The position numbers and the translations under genes were made by a program. A DNA stretch of 64,000 nucleotides, from assembly GCF_006345805.1 (NCBI RefSeq), contig NC_043010.1:4092001-4156000 (forward strand), written 5' to 3'. The stretch is from Octopus sinensis (Eukaryota). The notes below the pieces were generated by a model. The model was not told the origin of the DNA. It saw only the letters and a list, made by a program, of their open reading frames with translations, and did no database searches. Position 1 is the first letter of the stretch, and each line of letters begins with the position of its first letter. Positions 12,732-24,538 of this stretch are shown here, piece by piece.

Positions 12732-13780
12732 CATCATTATTATTATTATGTAGTTGTAGTAGTAGTAGTAGCAGCAGCAGCAGCAGCAGAATACATTGAT
12801 GTATTTTGACTATGACAACAAATATAAGGACACCAGTTTGAATATAGCAGTCAATGATAACCATTAATATTGTTTTGTTGCTTAACTCCAGCTCTGAGTG
12901 AGCAAGCAGGCCTATGATACAAGTCATTTCAGCAAAACCAATCAGTCCATGATCATTCTGTCTTTTATAAGTCTAATGTAATCTTTTCTTTATTTAAGAC
13001 AGTAGGGTGTGATTTGAGGGAGATACGCAACTATTTCTTGATGGTTGAGCAACCATGTAGTAGGTCATTAATGTCATTTACTGAAGATGTTAAGGCTTTG
13101 TTGATGATTTGCTAATTCTCTCAAGAATTCTCTGGCAAATTACCAATCTGAAGGGAATTACTTGTACAGTGATAGTTACAAAGATTTAAATGAACAGTCA
13201 ATCTTTTATTCTTGAAAAGTACCCAAGTCTGCACTAATTAGTTAGCAAAGATGAATTTAAATTGATTCAATTAACTATACATTTTCAGTAAAAAAAAAAA
13301 AAGTGGGGCAGAATGTGGTGTGCCTCATGCTTAGCATAAAGAATGTTTTCACTCCTACTTCTGTACAATATTGTATATCTATTTCATGATTTCCTCACCA
13401 TTACTCCAGCAAGTATAGTGAAGTCTATATTTCTGCTGAAGAAAAGTCTAATAAGACTAAAATACATCCAGAGCTGTTTCTCATGCTTGCTGAAAGGACT
13501 CAGTAATATTAGCCATTGAGCTAATTTCATGTTTTTCCTGACCACTTAGTTATTTCTGCTTAGATATTTAATGTCCATTACTTTAAATATATAAACACTT
13601 ACTTAACTATTGTTTTTTTTCCATATATATATATGACCTCCCTTTGCAAATACCATAAGGGCACAGATAGTGTGCCAAAAGCCAGCTGGAGACGATGATC
13701 TCCTAGGGCTAAAAGCTACAGTAACACCCACCCTTTGTGGTTAGCCATATTGAGATGGCTAGTATACTTCACTTATATAT

Positions 13781-13832
<52 letters not shown>

Positions 13833-13849
13833 GTGACAATTAATGGTGA

Positions 13850-14900
13850 AGCAACATTTTAGTCAACTGTTTCAAGGGCAAAGAGGATGCCTTTACACTG
13901 AAGTAATTAGAGAGGAATCAGTTAAATGTTGATGGAACCTATGGAAGTGGGAAACCCAAGAGTACATGAGGGGAATTAGTGAAGACCAATCTGAGATTAT
14001 TAAGCCTCACAAAGACGATAAGGGACCAGAATGGCAGGTGATTCACCATACTCAGCAAAAACAAGGCCCTAACAGCATATCATTAATGCCCCTGTACTCA
14101 ATCTGTACTTGTCAAGCATTCCTCACAACTCATTTTCATAACATCCACCCCTTTGACCCTGCCCCTCTCTAACCATGACACTATTTCTTCAGAGAGCCCA
14201 CTTTTGTACTACCAGTTATCTTTTTCCCTTAGAATCACTTCCCTTGCCACCCATCCCTCTCTCTCAGCATCATCCTCAACTGCTTGTTTCCCTTTGAATA
14301 CTCAACTCTCTCTCAAAGATGGCCATCAACACTTCCCATTTTTTTCGTCACTATATCTACACCTACATCTCTCTGATCTCCATCTCTTTCACTGTACACC
14401 CTCTCTCTCCTCAATACTTCACATCATCTCACTATTTTTTATTTGGTTGCAATTTTATTATATTTTTACTCTCCTTCACACCTTTTTACATATTGCCACC
14501 TTTCACTCCTCTTCCCTGACCTATTTCTATTCTCTTTTTACTTCTCCCTAACTGAGGTTCCCCATTGACCATGTCTTGACCCATGTTCACCATTCACTGC
14601 ATTCACCTCTAACCAAATATTATCTCCTTTCACATTCATATGGACCTACCCACCCAACCATCTTTGAGTTTCTTTCCTAATTTTCTCTTTATTCGCATTA
14701 TTGTGCTTTGAAGGTATGTTCTGACACTACATCAGCACCATCTTTTCTCTCCTTCTAACTTGAGTAGCCATGTGTCTCCACTGCTGCAAGACACCTATTC
14801 CTGTCCCTCTATCATAACTTAACCTCGCAACACCTAGCACAATGCCACCTCCCTCAAAACTACATCCTCCCTCTGTTCTTGTATTATGAGTTACTTGATG
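13850..14900. mobile_element. Degenerate LINE fragments (RTE-like; + piece ~13850-14030, - piece ~14040-14900)
   Basis: VNCFKGKEDA..NYRG-like words on +; strongly pyrimidine-rich + strand typical of a reversed LINE coding piece further on. Confidence 0.4.
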
Positions 14901-15177
14901 ACCCCACTAGTCTTGGCGTCATGTAAAAAGCACCCAGTACACTCTGTAAAGTGGTCGGTGTTCGGAAGAGCATTTGACTGTAGAAATCATGCCGAAACTG
15001 ACTTTAGAGTTTGATACAGTCCTCTGGCTCATTGGATCCTAACAAACTGTCCATCCCATGCTAGCATGGAATACAAACATTAAATAATGATAATGCTCTC
15101 AAAGTTTCCATTCAAATCAGTTTTGAATACGAATATATGTGACTTTGTGAGGGGGGGGTGATTTATAGTAAAAGTGA

Positions 15178-15219
<42 letters not shown>

Positions 15220-15769
15220 GAGAGAGAGAGAGTAGAGAATCAGGCAAGATAAAAGATTTGAAGTTTCATGTGTAAAGACCCAAATGTTACTTTATGACTT
15301 TCTTTTAATAAAGGGAAAAGGAAACGAAACATAAAAAGTCTGTTAGCCAGATAGAAATAAACAAAAAAAAATCTTAAATTGTTGGAATTATGTTCTGTTA
15401 TAGAAATATCAGACATTTAGTTTACTGCTAGAATAAATAATTAAAAAATCAAATCAAATAAATAAATAAACAACTACATAAATAAAACTGGGTTTATTTC
15501 TGCTGATGCCTGGTTTTTTATTTCCTAATGATGAATCACAAAAAAAAAAGAGTCAAGAGTTTATACTTTTACTTAAAATAGCAAGTAAATGAGAGTAAAT
15601 ATATAAATCCTAAAGTCATCAGTGAAAATGTACATCTATTAAAGGAATATTAGTGTAAATAAACTGACTCGACCAAATTAAAGGGAAAAAGAAAAAAACT
15701 ATTAAAAGAAAATCTATTAACAGGTATGCAAAACATCTGAATAAAGAATTAAACATCTATGAGGATATC

Positions 15770-17010
15770 TATATGTTATTACAGTTATTACTTGAAAGAC
15801 ACAATAAATTGTTCTGATCAATCAAGAAGATTCTATGGAAATGCTGTAAAAACACATTTCTGACTTTGTAAGTCAAATATTTGCAGTATCCTTCAAGAAT
15901 GTTAATTTATTCTATCTCATCGACATTGAAATAAAAAAAAAAAAACATCCGAGAATCAATGTTAGTATCTAATAACAGTGTTCATATACAAAAATGTATC
16001 TACAGTATATGCATAGCTCAGTTGGTCATGTGCTGATGAGCAAGCAGAGATGGAGTAGAATGTCAAATGGTATGTCATTTCTTCTTTCTATATTTTAAGT
16101 TCAAATTCTGAAGAAGCCAGTTTAGACTTTCATCACAACTAAAGGGTCCCCACCTCTCCAAATATATATACTATACGGCCATTGTCATCAATTCATTTGA
16201 CTATAACTCCTTTGTGGAATTCCTTCTCCTTGAAACAAAGTATAAAATGCTTATTAATTGAGGAACATTACACAAATCTCTTTTATATTTACTTCTACTG
16301 TTTCGTTCAAAGTAACATAAGGTGTATCATTTTTGAGGGGAGGGACATAAAAGTTGTGTTGGTTTTGATTTCTTTGAAAAGTATTAATGATAAAAGAGAA
16401 ATGAAGAGTTTAAAAACAAAAATCAAATCACAGACTTTGTTTGCTGGGAATTAGCACTTTCTCCATCTCATACAATAGCATTTAACATATTTTAATTTAA
16501 TCTTATACAACGTGTGTGTGTGTGTGTGTGTGTTATTTCCCATTCACACTTTTGGGAAATAAGAAATTTTGAAACTAATTTGAAAATATGTTAGTGTATA
16601 ATTTGATATGCTGTCAATTATAATGCATTCAGCATGAACTCAGATGTAGATTATGATATAATTTAATTGATTAGTAATTTAATAGTGTAAAATATATATC
16701 AAAAGTATTACTTACCAGCAAATGTTGGTGAATCTAGCTAAGGTATTCTATGTTCAAGTGATGAGTATTTTGATTTTCTATGGTTGCCAATGACATCAGT
16801 GTTAAGCAGGTGTAATTTGTATTGTTATATTGCCAACAAGATGCCATTCATTATATCATAGCTTTCAAATGTCTGGAAACTGGAGTCACATAGCAGCTTT
16901 GAATTGAATAATTAGTTGGCAACAAAATGAATGAAACAAATATCTGACACATAGAAAAAGGTTTCATCAAGATCTAAGTGTTTGTAAACAATCTTTATAA
17001 ATTACTTTGT
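15770..17010 (-). pseudogene. Possible further decayed cadherin exons downstream of the cytoplasmic exons
   Basis: 17010-16716: IVYKHLDLDETFFY...QYKLHLLNTDVIGNHRKS in one frame with in-frame stops, donor CTG|gtaagt; 16228-16170: acceptor tttgtttcaag| GEGIPQRSYSQ / IDDNGR; 15940-15770: LTYKVRNVFLQHFHRIFLIDQNN. Confidence 0.35.
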
Positions 17011-18021
17011 TGCTGTGATCTTTCTAAAATTTACATTTAGACAATTATTATGTTTTACTATATCTATAAGATTTACCAACGTGAAAAATCCCATGTGACT
17101 TTTGAAACAAATTAAAAAGAATTGCTTCCACATTTATTTGTACATGGCTGTATTACCAGTGAACGAGGAAGCTATTTGTAAGAAACTTTAAGACTACTAG
17201 TATGAGCTATTTCATTTTGCATTTATTGAATGAGAAAAAAGAAAAAAAAGAAGCATAGTTTCAATTTTGATAACTTGTTGGCAATTGTTTTTGGGAATAT
17301 TAAACAAATATTGCAATTTCATATGTTTTTTCACTAAAAACAAATATAGCAAAATATAGTAAATAAATTTTGTTTATTTACAACTGAGGATTTATGTACA
17401 ATAAGTCTTTGCGAATATAATGTTTAAATATCTTATACAGCTTTTCACTCTCGTGCTCATGCCACTTTGCACTGAAATTTCACAGTATTTGTCTAAAATA
17501 AAACACTTTGTACTGTTTAAACATTAACATTCAAACAATTGTATGTTGAAATAGTTTTCTTGGTTAAAAATAAAGCGTTTGAACAAAACTAATGGAACAA
17601 TTCTGTGATAATTAGCTGACTCTGGGAAAATACAGAGCATCATATTTTAAAATTAAAAAAGCTAATTCTCTTTTTAAAGTAAGATTATTTTATTTCTTTT
17701 CTTTTTTTTTTATTAAACTAGAAAAACATCAACAACATGAAGCAAAATACAACTGTCAGTAATTACACAGAAGCTAAGTTAATGTTTTTCCTAGAAGAAT
17801 TATGTAGAAATAATTAGAACATTATATAAAATATATTCTGATTTGTGCAATATCTTTCTGTAGCACAGCAGTCATGCTTATTTACAATAATTAGAATAAT
17901 TATAGTGGGGTTTAAACATGTTTACTGTTAATTATATTGACATTTTATATTTGAAAAGAACCTATGTGTAACATTGGTGTTTCTCGTTAGAAAAGACTTA
18001 ATGAATGGAATAAAGTTATTT

Positions 18022-18345
18022 TTATGGTTTTGGTACTTTAGGTACAGATGGCAGGGGTTTGGGGAAAGAAGAGAAACTATTTTTTATTGGTAAATTCCAA
18101 GGTTCTGGGAGATTAGCAGTTTTTATTCTTAAGGATTTAAGATCAATAACATCATTGCAGACAATTTTTTGATCAACAATTGCTTGACAGGAAGGTTTTG
18201 TAGAAATATCCTTGGGTTTGTGTGTTGTCCATGGTAAAGAACTCCTACTTTTGTGTTGCTGTTGATCCTCTTGACAATGCTTGAAACCTCGTAAAAGTAA
18301 ACAAAGAAAACAAAAATGTTCATTGTGAGCTAAGATAAGGCTTTG
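18022..18345 (-). pseudogene. Start-less 107-codon open frame, likely remnant of a long C-terminal coding exon
   Basis: QSLILAHNEHFCFLCLLLRGFKHCQEDQQQHKSRSSLPWTTHKPKDISTKPSCQAIVDQKIVCNDVIDLKSLRIKTANLPEPWNLPIKNSFSSFPKPLPSVPKVPKP*. Long open frame in very AT-rich DNA; upstream 18350-19120 shows only 20-50 aa open pieces in shifting frames. Confidence 0.4.
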
Positions 18346-19124
18346 TTAACATTGATTTTTGTCTAAATTTAACTACTTTGGGTATACTTCTCTCCAGAAA
18401 GTTCCTCCTCTGGTATTTATCTCTATATTACTTAGAATAACAAGATTTTAGATGAATATAGCTTTTGTATACTCTTGTAGATTTTGTAGCATCTTAATTT
18501 TTATCACAATTTGGCTTCTGTTCTTTTTTTTTATTTCTTGTGATAAACAATGTGGAAATCTAATTGTAACTTTCCCTTTTACTTTATAAATAAACTTAGT
18601 CAAATAACATATATTTATGTTGATTTGTTGTTCATAATTTCACAATTCCAAACTGTAAGAATCCTTTCTGTTGTTGAACGTATTTGATATTTGTTGATTT
18701 TTGAAAAATAAATTGCTAATACATCTTTCAGGTTTTTATATTGTTTACTGTCATTAGTTCAGTCTTTCTTTAGCAATATTTAACATTTATTTCCCTTGTT
18801 TATCAGACACATTATAAGCATTATTCACAAGTAAATTGTAAATATAATTTGTGTCAGCAGAGATACTGAATTCTTATATATCTAAATTGTTTTAGATGAG
18901 TTATTACTAGAGAATTTTGAATTGTTAACATCGTCTTTTTTAAGCTCATACAAACTATATTTGTGTTTGTTTATCGACTGAGGATCATATAGATATATAA
19001 GTACTTTTTACAAACTCTTAAAGTTCCAGTTCATCCAACAGGTAGTACAATATTACTTCAAGTAATATTTCAATTATTTTTATTTTTTAGTGGCAACCAT
19101 ATTGGGGAGGATTCGATACTGGGC

Positions 19125-19239
19125 TTACTGACATTTAACATTCAATGAAGAACCATTGATTAAATCTTCTTCCATTTCCAGGCAAATATCTGCCACTTCT
19201 GAGAATGAATTTAGATTTACAAACATTTGTCCCATTTGT
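19125..19239 (-). CDS. Probable last (or penultimate) coding exon
   Basis: ttaatttacag|A CAA ATG... phase 2; (R)QMGQMFVNLNSFSEVADICLEMEEDLINGSSLNVKCQ then TAA at 19127-19125. An alternative donor CA|gtaagc lies at 19129. Confidence 0.6.
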
Positions 19240-19417
19240 CTGTAAATTAATTAGGAAAAATGTTGAAATTTTTGCGTAGTTTTTGAGTTTAATGCAAATA
19301 CTTTTCCTGATGACCAGTCTAGAGCATTTGAAGAAATATTTTTTTTGCAAAAAGGAAATAAAAAAAAAACAACTAAAATCGTAAAATAATTGTTTTTCAT
19401 CAGTATTGAAATCTTAC

Positions 19418-19472
19418 CTTGTTTTTAAGGTAGTAATATTTTTAAGGTAGTAATATTTTGAGTACTTACTAT
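19418..19472 (-). CDS. Small internal coding exon (55 nt)
   Basis: catttacag|AT AGT AAG TAC ... ACA AG|gtaaga. Phase 1 to 2, joining the flanking exons in frame: (D)SKYSKYYYLKNITTLKT(R). Confidence 0.6.
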
Positions 19473-19969
19473 CTGTAAATGCTATACATACTAAAGCGTA
19501 TGTTATACTAATTTGAAACTTCACCACTTTTTCTAATTTCAATTTTCTAATTTTTAGATTTCAAAGTGGATACCAAAATTCTCAACTCAAATGTCTTAGA
19601 GAAAGAATTGATTTGAAAACTAGTAGCACATTAGCTCAGCCACAGTCATACGGCTGGAACTAGTTAATGAATAAAGAGAAAAAAGTTTTGATCCTGTATA
19701 GATACTCAAAATATATACAATTTGCTAATCATGTTAACTGTGTTTTACAAAGCCAATGAAATAATTCATGTACCAGCTTTTGAACAAATTATTCTATATA
19801 AAGAAAACAATGTTTTTAACAGTCTGATCTCTAGAAAATTGTTCTATAATTGTTTGATAATAAATTAAGTGAAGTTGAAAGAGAGGTATTAGATTTAAAA
19901 AAAAATAGGAAAACTGTTAGCCTAGAAGGCTTGTAAATGACGGCAACTATTCTTTTATGATGTACATAC

Positions 19970-20120
19970 CTGGTAAGGTTTCATAATGTACTGTATTTCT
20001 CTCACTCCATCCATGTCCACTGTCACTATCAGAAGACATAGTTGATATTTTATTGAAATGGTCAGTAGGTATGAGCATAAGTTCATGTTCTTTACTAACA
20101 CCAGATGTCACTGCAGCCTC
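19970..20120 (-). CDS. Internal coding exon (151 nt), protocadherin-like cytoplasmic segment
   Basis: Minus strand: pyrimidine tract ...gagtctttag| then open frame EAAVTSGVSKEHELMLIPTDHFNKISTMSSDSDSGHGWSERNTVHYETLP+G, then |gtatgt donor. Phase 0 to 1. Absent from the ORF track (under 60 aa). Confidence 0.75.
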
Positions 20121-22216
20121 CTAAAGACTCGTAATCAAACAAAATGAAGGTGAGAGAAAATTTGTTATATAACAAAAAAAAATAATAAAAAATAGAGAAA
20201 TATAATTTGTTTAATTACAATACACTTAAATTTCTTTTTAAATTAGAAAAATAGATATTCATATAATTTTATCAAACTTCTGAGGCTGTTTGAAAGCTAT
20301 ATGGTACAGTGAAATTTATTTTTAAAATATCAAATAGCTGGTTGAACAATATGCTAAATTTGCAATAAATGTGTTTAAAATATCCTTGTTTGCAATGGTG
20401 GCTTGTGGTTAATTTGTAGTGCACACAGAAATTATTTTATGAATATTATATGTAGCAATACCCATTTATTTTAGTTTAACCCATAGCTATTATTCATAAC
20501 AAATATATTTTAAATATTACTGTAAAACTGTATATGGTGTTGCCTGGGTACATTATTAATTGCTGTATAATGAGCCATTAAAGAGCCATTAGAATCTGCT
20601 TGCTAAAGTATCGCTCGTATCTCTTTTCTAATGCAATGTGTCATTTCCAAATGCATTTAGCTCACAATGAATGAGATCAGATTTCTCAGAAATCCTTGAA
20701 ATATTTTATATCAATCTCTTAGTTCCTTGTGTGAGAGAATGTTCCACAGAATAAGTGTTTTTAATACTGTACGCTTTTAATAGTGTTAAATAATAAAGTG
20801 TAAACTAGCAGCTAGGAATGGATGTTATTAGAAACAATTTCCAACCCATGCTAGCATGGGACACAAGCATTAGATGATAATGCTGAAGACGATGATGATG
20901 ATTATATGTTATCTATATTTCAAAACTTTACATTTACAACTGCATTTTTGTAATGAAGGCATTATATGCAACACTAACATTTAAGTTCTCAGAACAGATT
21001 CTAAACACAGCCATAAAAGCATATATACGAATCAGTAAACTCAAATGTTTAATATTCAAGACATTTGGATTTTATTTCTATAATTTTTAATATGAAAATT
21101 ATTTTTATAATTTTTGTAGTTGCACAATTATTAAAGCAATGGACAAAATACCTAGTTTTAGTAATTATTTTCTGGCTTCAAATCTTGGTGAAAATCACAT
21201 AGCCTTTTATCTTTTTAGGGTCATGAAGATAGTTTAAGGGGATTCTTAGTTATTAAAATGGGTCTCTCATTAACTGGGTTAGTCGCAAAAAACACAAACT
21301 TTGAATAAATACAATAAATACTAGTAATCATATTACAGGGAGCTGTAGGGAGAGTTTATCCAAACTTGTTGAACCTGTCTTGGCTATACAGAGGAAAAAG
21401 GTTAATAAAATAAGTTGTTAGTTAGATTTAGTTAAATTGATTAAGTCCTGCTACTAAAATATGTGTCTTCTTTGTACCTGAGATAGAAATCATTACTTCT
21501 ATCTCAGGAAATTCACATCAAATTACATCTAAAATATTGAAGTATATTCATATGTCTCTATATAAAATGACATACTTTTAATGACAAAAATAAGCTTTTA
21601 ATATCCATTATTTCAGTTTTCTTTTAAAACTATGTATCGAGTATCTAGATGTCTGAAATTAGGAATTTTTGCTAAGACTAATTTTTCATATAGACTATTA
21701 AGCAAATCTTTAGCAATAGAAGCCTCTTTTTTTCTCTTTTAAATATGTACATTTATTCCTACTTTCCATTTAGCTTGATCTCCAATCATCATCAGGTGTT
21801 TTATTCCTGGATTATGCATAGTTACAGGATTGGGTTAAGACTAAGGACCACTGTTTTTTAAACTAAGGGTAACAGTGTTTTTATCAATTAGACAATTATT
21901 CACATCTGTGAGTATGACACCTGATGATGATCAGGCATCACCTGAATCGAAATGTCATGTTAGCATTTTGAATTTTAAAAAATGAGGTTAATTGCCTGCC
22001 AAAATTATATTCTTATCAGCATATCTATCAACATATTTATAGTCACCATTGAATGTCTTATTTGAGTAAGCTGTTTTATTAAAAGTAATCAGATTCAATT
22101 TTATACGATCATTTGGAAGAACAAGAAACCCTTTGGATTTTGCTCTAAATTACTTCAGATATCATATATATATGTGTAAGTATATACATAATATATATAT
22201 ATATGTGTGTGTGTAT

Positions 22217-22297
<81 letters not shown>

Positions 22298-22881
22298 CAT
22301 ATATGTGTGTGTATATATATACATATGTATGTATAAGTATATATGTAGGTATATGTGTCTATATATATATATATATGTATGTATGTATGTATATGTATAT
22401 CTATGTATATACATACACCCGTATGTATATGTATATATGCATATGTATGTATGTATGTGTGTGTATAACTTGAGTCGTACTAATTAGTAAGTCTTTTTGT
22501 TTTCTTTCATAGATTGCTATATTTTAAAATTAGATTTAGTTTAGCAAGCCCTTTTTTTTTATCCAAGTTTCATTGGTTTATAAATATTTCAATATTGCAA
22601 TAAATTCTACAAAAGAAGTATGAAAAAAAATAAAAGCCAAAACAAAATTTTCTTCAATAAATCTAATTGATATCACTAAGAATGACAGCAGTTAAACTTT
22701 GGTTTTGACATTTCAAAAGTGAGAATAAACTCAGGAACATAAATAAAGACAACAGAAAAGAAGAAAAAAAAAAAGGAAAAAAAAAAGAAACAAAGCAAAG
22801 ATAGGAAAGCAAAAACGATCAATTTAGATTCTAGCCAGTTTTCATTATTAATAATAAATAGAAGTATATCTACGATATCGT

Positions 22882-23068
22882 TTAAAAATACATCTGATGA
22901 AATCTATATTTCTGAAACTGTAGAGTTTCTCCTATTTTAATTTTCCTACAAACGATGAATTCTGAAAGGATTCTAGAAATTGGCTTGTAAAGTCTATAAA
23001 ATGTCTGAGGTTTGACATAAGAGATTTGCTTTAAATTATTAAGTATACTATTTGATGCAGCAACTCTT
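22882..23068 (-). pseudogene. Putative exon, copy 1 (possible degenerate last EC/transmembrane/juxtamembrane part)
   Basis: Strong acceptor ttttgtctattctctaacag|; RVAASNSILNNLKQISYVKPQTFYRLYKPISRILSEFIVCRKIKIGETLQFQKYRFHQMYF*. No convincing in-phase donor found. Confidence 0.35.
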
Positions 23069-23487
23069 CTGTTAGAGAATAGACAAAATTGGCAAGAAAG
23101 TGAACATAAAAAATATATAGACACCAATTTATTGGCATCACTCAACTTATGTATATGTTATAAATGTTTACTAGTTTCGCAGCCAATATTGTAATTCTTT
23201 TTTGTTCTCTTTCTTTCTTTCTTCCTGTCTTCCTTTCTTCCTTTCTTTTTTTTTTCCCCCTTCTTTCGTTTTTGATATTAGAAAATTAAACATTTAGTTA
23301 TCATATATCAAGCCAAAACTGAATCTTAGAAAGTGAAGGCTCATAAAAGAAAAAGTAAAGAAGCAAATATATATATATATATTATATATATATATATACA
23401 TATGTATATGTGTGTATATATATATATATACATATATGTGTGTGTATAATATATACATATGTATGTATAAGTATATATGTAGGTATA

Positions 23488-23532
<45 letters not shown>

Positions 23533-23986
23533 ATGTATATCTATGTATATACATACACCCGTATGTATATGTATATATGCATATGTATGTATGTATGCGT
23601 GTGTATAACTTGAGTCGTACTAATTAGTAAGTCTTTTTGTTTTCTTTCATAGATTGCTATATTTTAAAATTAGATTTAGTTTAGCAAGCCCTTTTTTTTT
23701 ATCCAAGTTTCATTGGTTTATAAATATTCCAATATTGCAATAAATTCTACAAAAGAAGTATGAAAAAAAATAAAAGCCAAAACAAAATTTTCTTCAATAA
23801 ATCTAATTGATATCACTAAGAATGACAGCAGTTAAACTTTGGTTTTGACATTTCAAAAGTGAGAATAAACTCAGGAACATAAATAAAGACAACAGAAAAG
23901 AAGAAAAAAAAAAGGAAAAAAAAAAGAAACAAAGCAAAGATAGGAAAGCAAAAACGATCAATTTAGATTCTAGCCAGTTTTCATTA

Positions 23987-24206
23987 TTAATAATAAATAG
24001 AAGTATATCTACGATATCGTTTAAAAATACATCTGATGAAATCTATATTCTGAAACTGTAGAGTTTCTCCTATTTTAATTTTCCTACAAACGATGAATTC
24101 TGAAAGGATTCTAGAAATTGGCTTGTAAAGTCTATAAAATGTCTGAGGTTTGACATAAGAGATTTGCTTTAAATTATTAAGTATACTATTTGATGCAGCA
24201 ACTCTT
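23987..24206 (-). pseudogene. Putative exon, copy 2 (within 1.14-kb tandem duplication)
   Basis: Same acceptor and frame as copy 1; one T fewer (tatattctg vs tatatttctg) changes the end to ...LQFQNIDFIRCIFKRYRRYTSIYY*. Confidence 0.33.
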
Positions 24207-24501
24207 CTGTTAGAGAATAGACAAAATTGGCAAGAAAGTGAACATAAAAAATATATAGACACCAATTTATTGGCATCACTCAACTTATGTATATGTTATA
24301 AATGTTTACTAGTTTCGCAGCCAATATTGTAATTCTTTTTTGTTCTCTTTCTTTCTTTCTTCCTGTCTTCCTTTCTTCCTTTCTTTTTTTTTTCCCCCTT
24401 CTTTCGTTTTTGATATTAGAAAATTAAACATTTAGTTATCATATATCAAGCCAAAACTGAATCTTAGAAAGTGAAGGCTCATAAAAGAAAAAGTAAAGAA
24501 G

Positions 24502-24538
<37 letters not shown>

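Larger units (their letters stand above)
22250..24535. repeat. Tandem duplication, period ~1140 bp
   Basis: acttgagtcgtactaattag at 22468 and 23608; near-identical units; junctions in (AT)n-rich microsatellite. Confidence 0.95.

Noticed and set aside
19558-19665. Plus-strand terminal exon (FQSGYQNSQLKCLRERIDLK..GWN*) followed by aataaa
   Set aside because: No partner plus-strand exons found; lies in an intron of the better-supported minus-strand structure.
20590-20700. Cadherin-like LIHCELNAFGNDTLH on minus
   Set aside because: Short, stop-bounded, and positioned after the TM-like exon; indistinguishable from chance.
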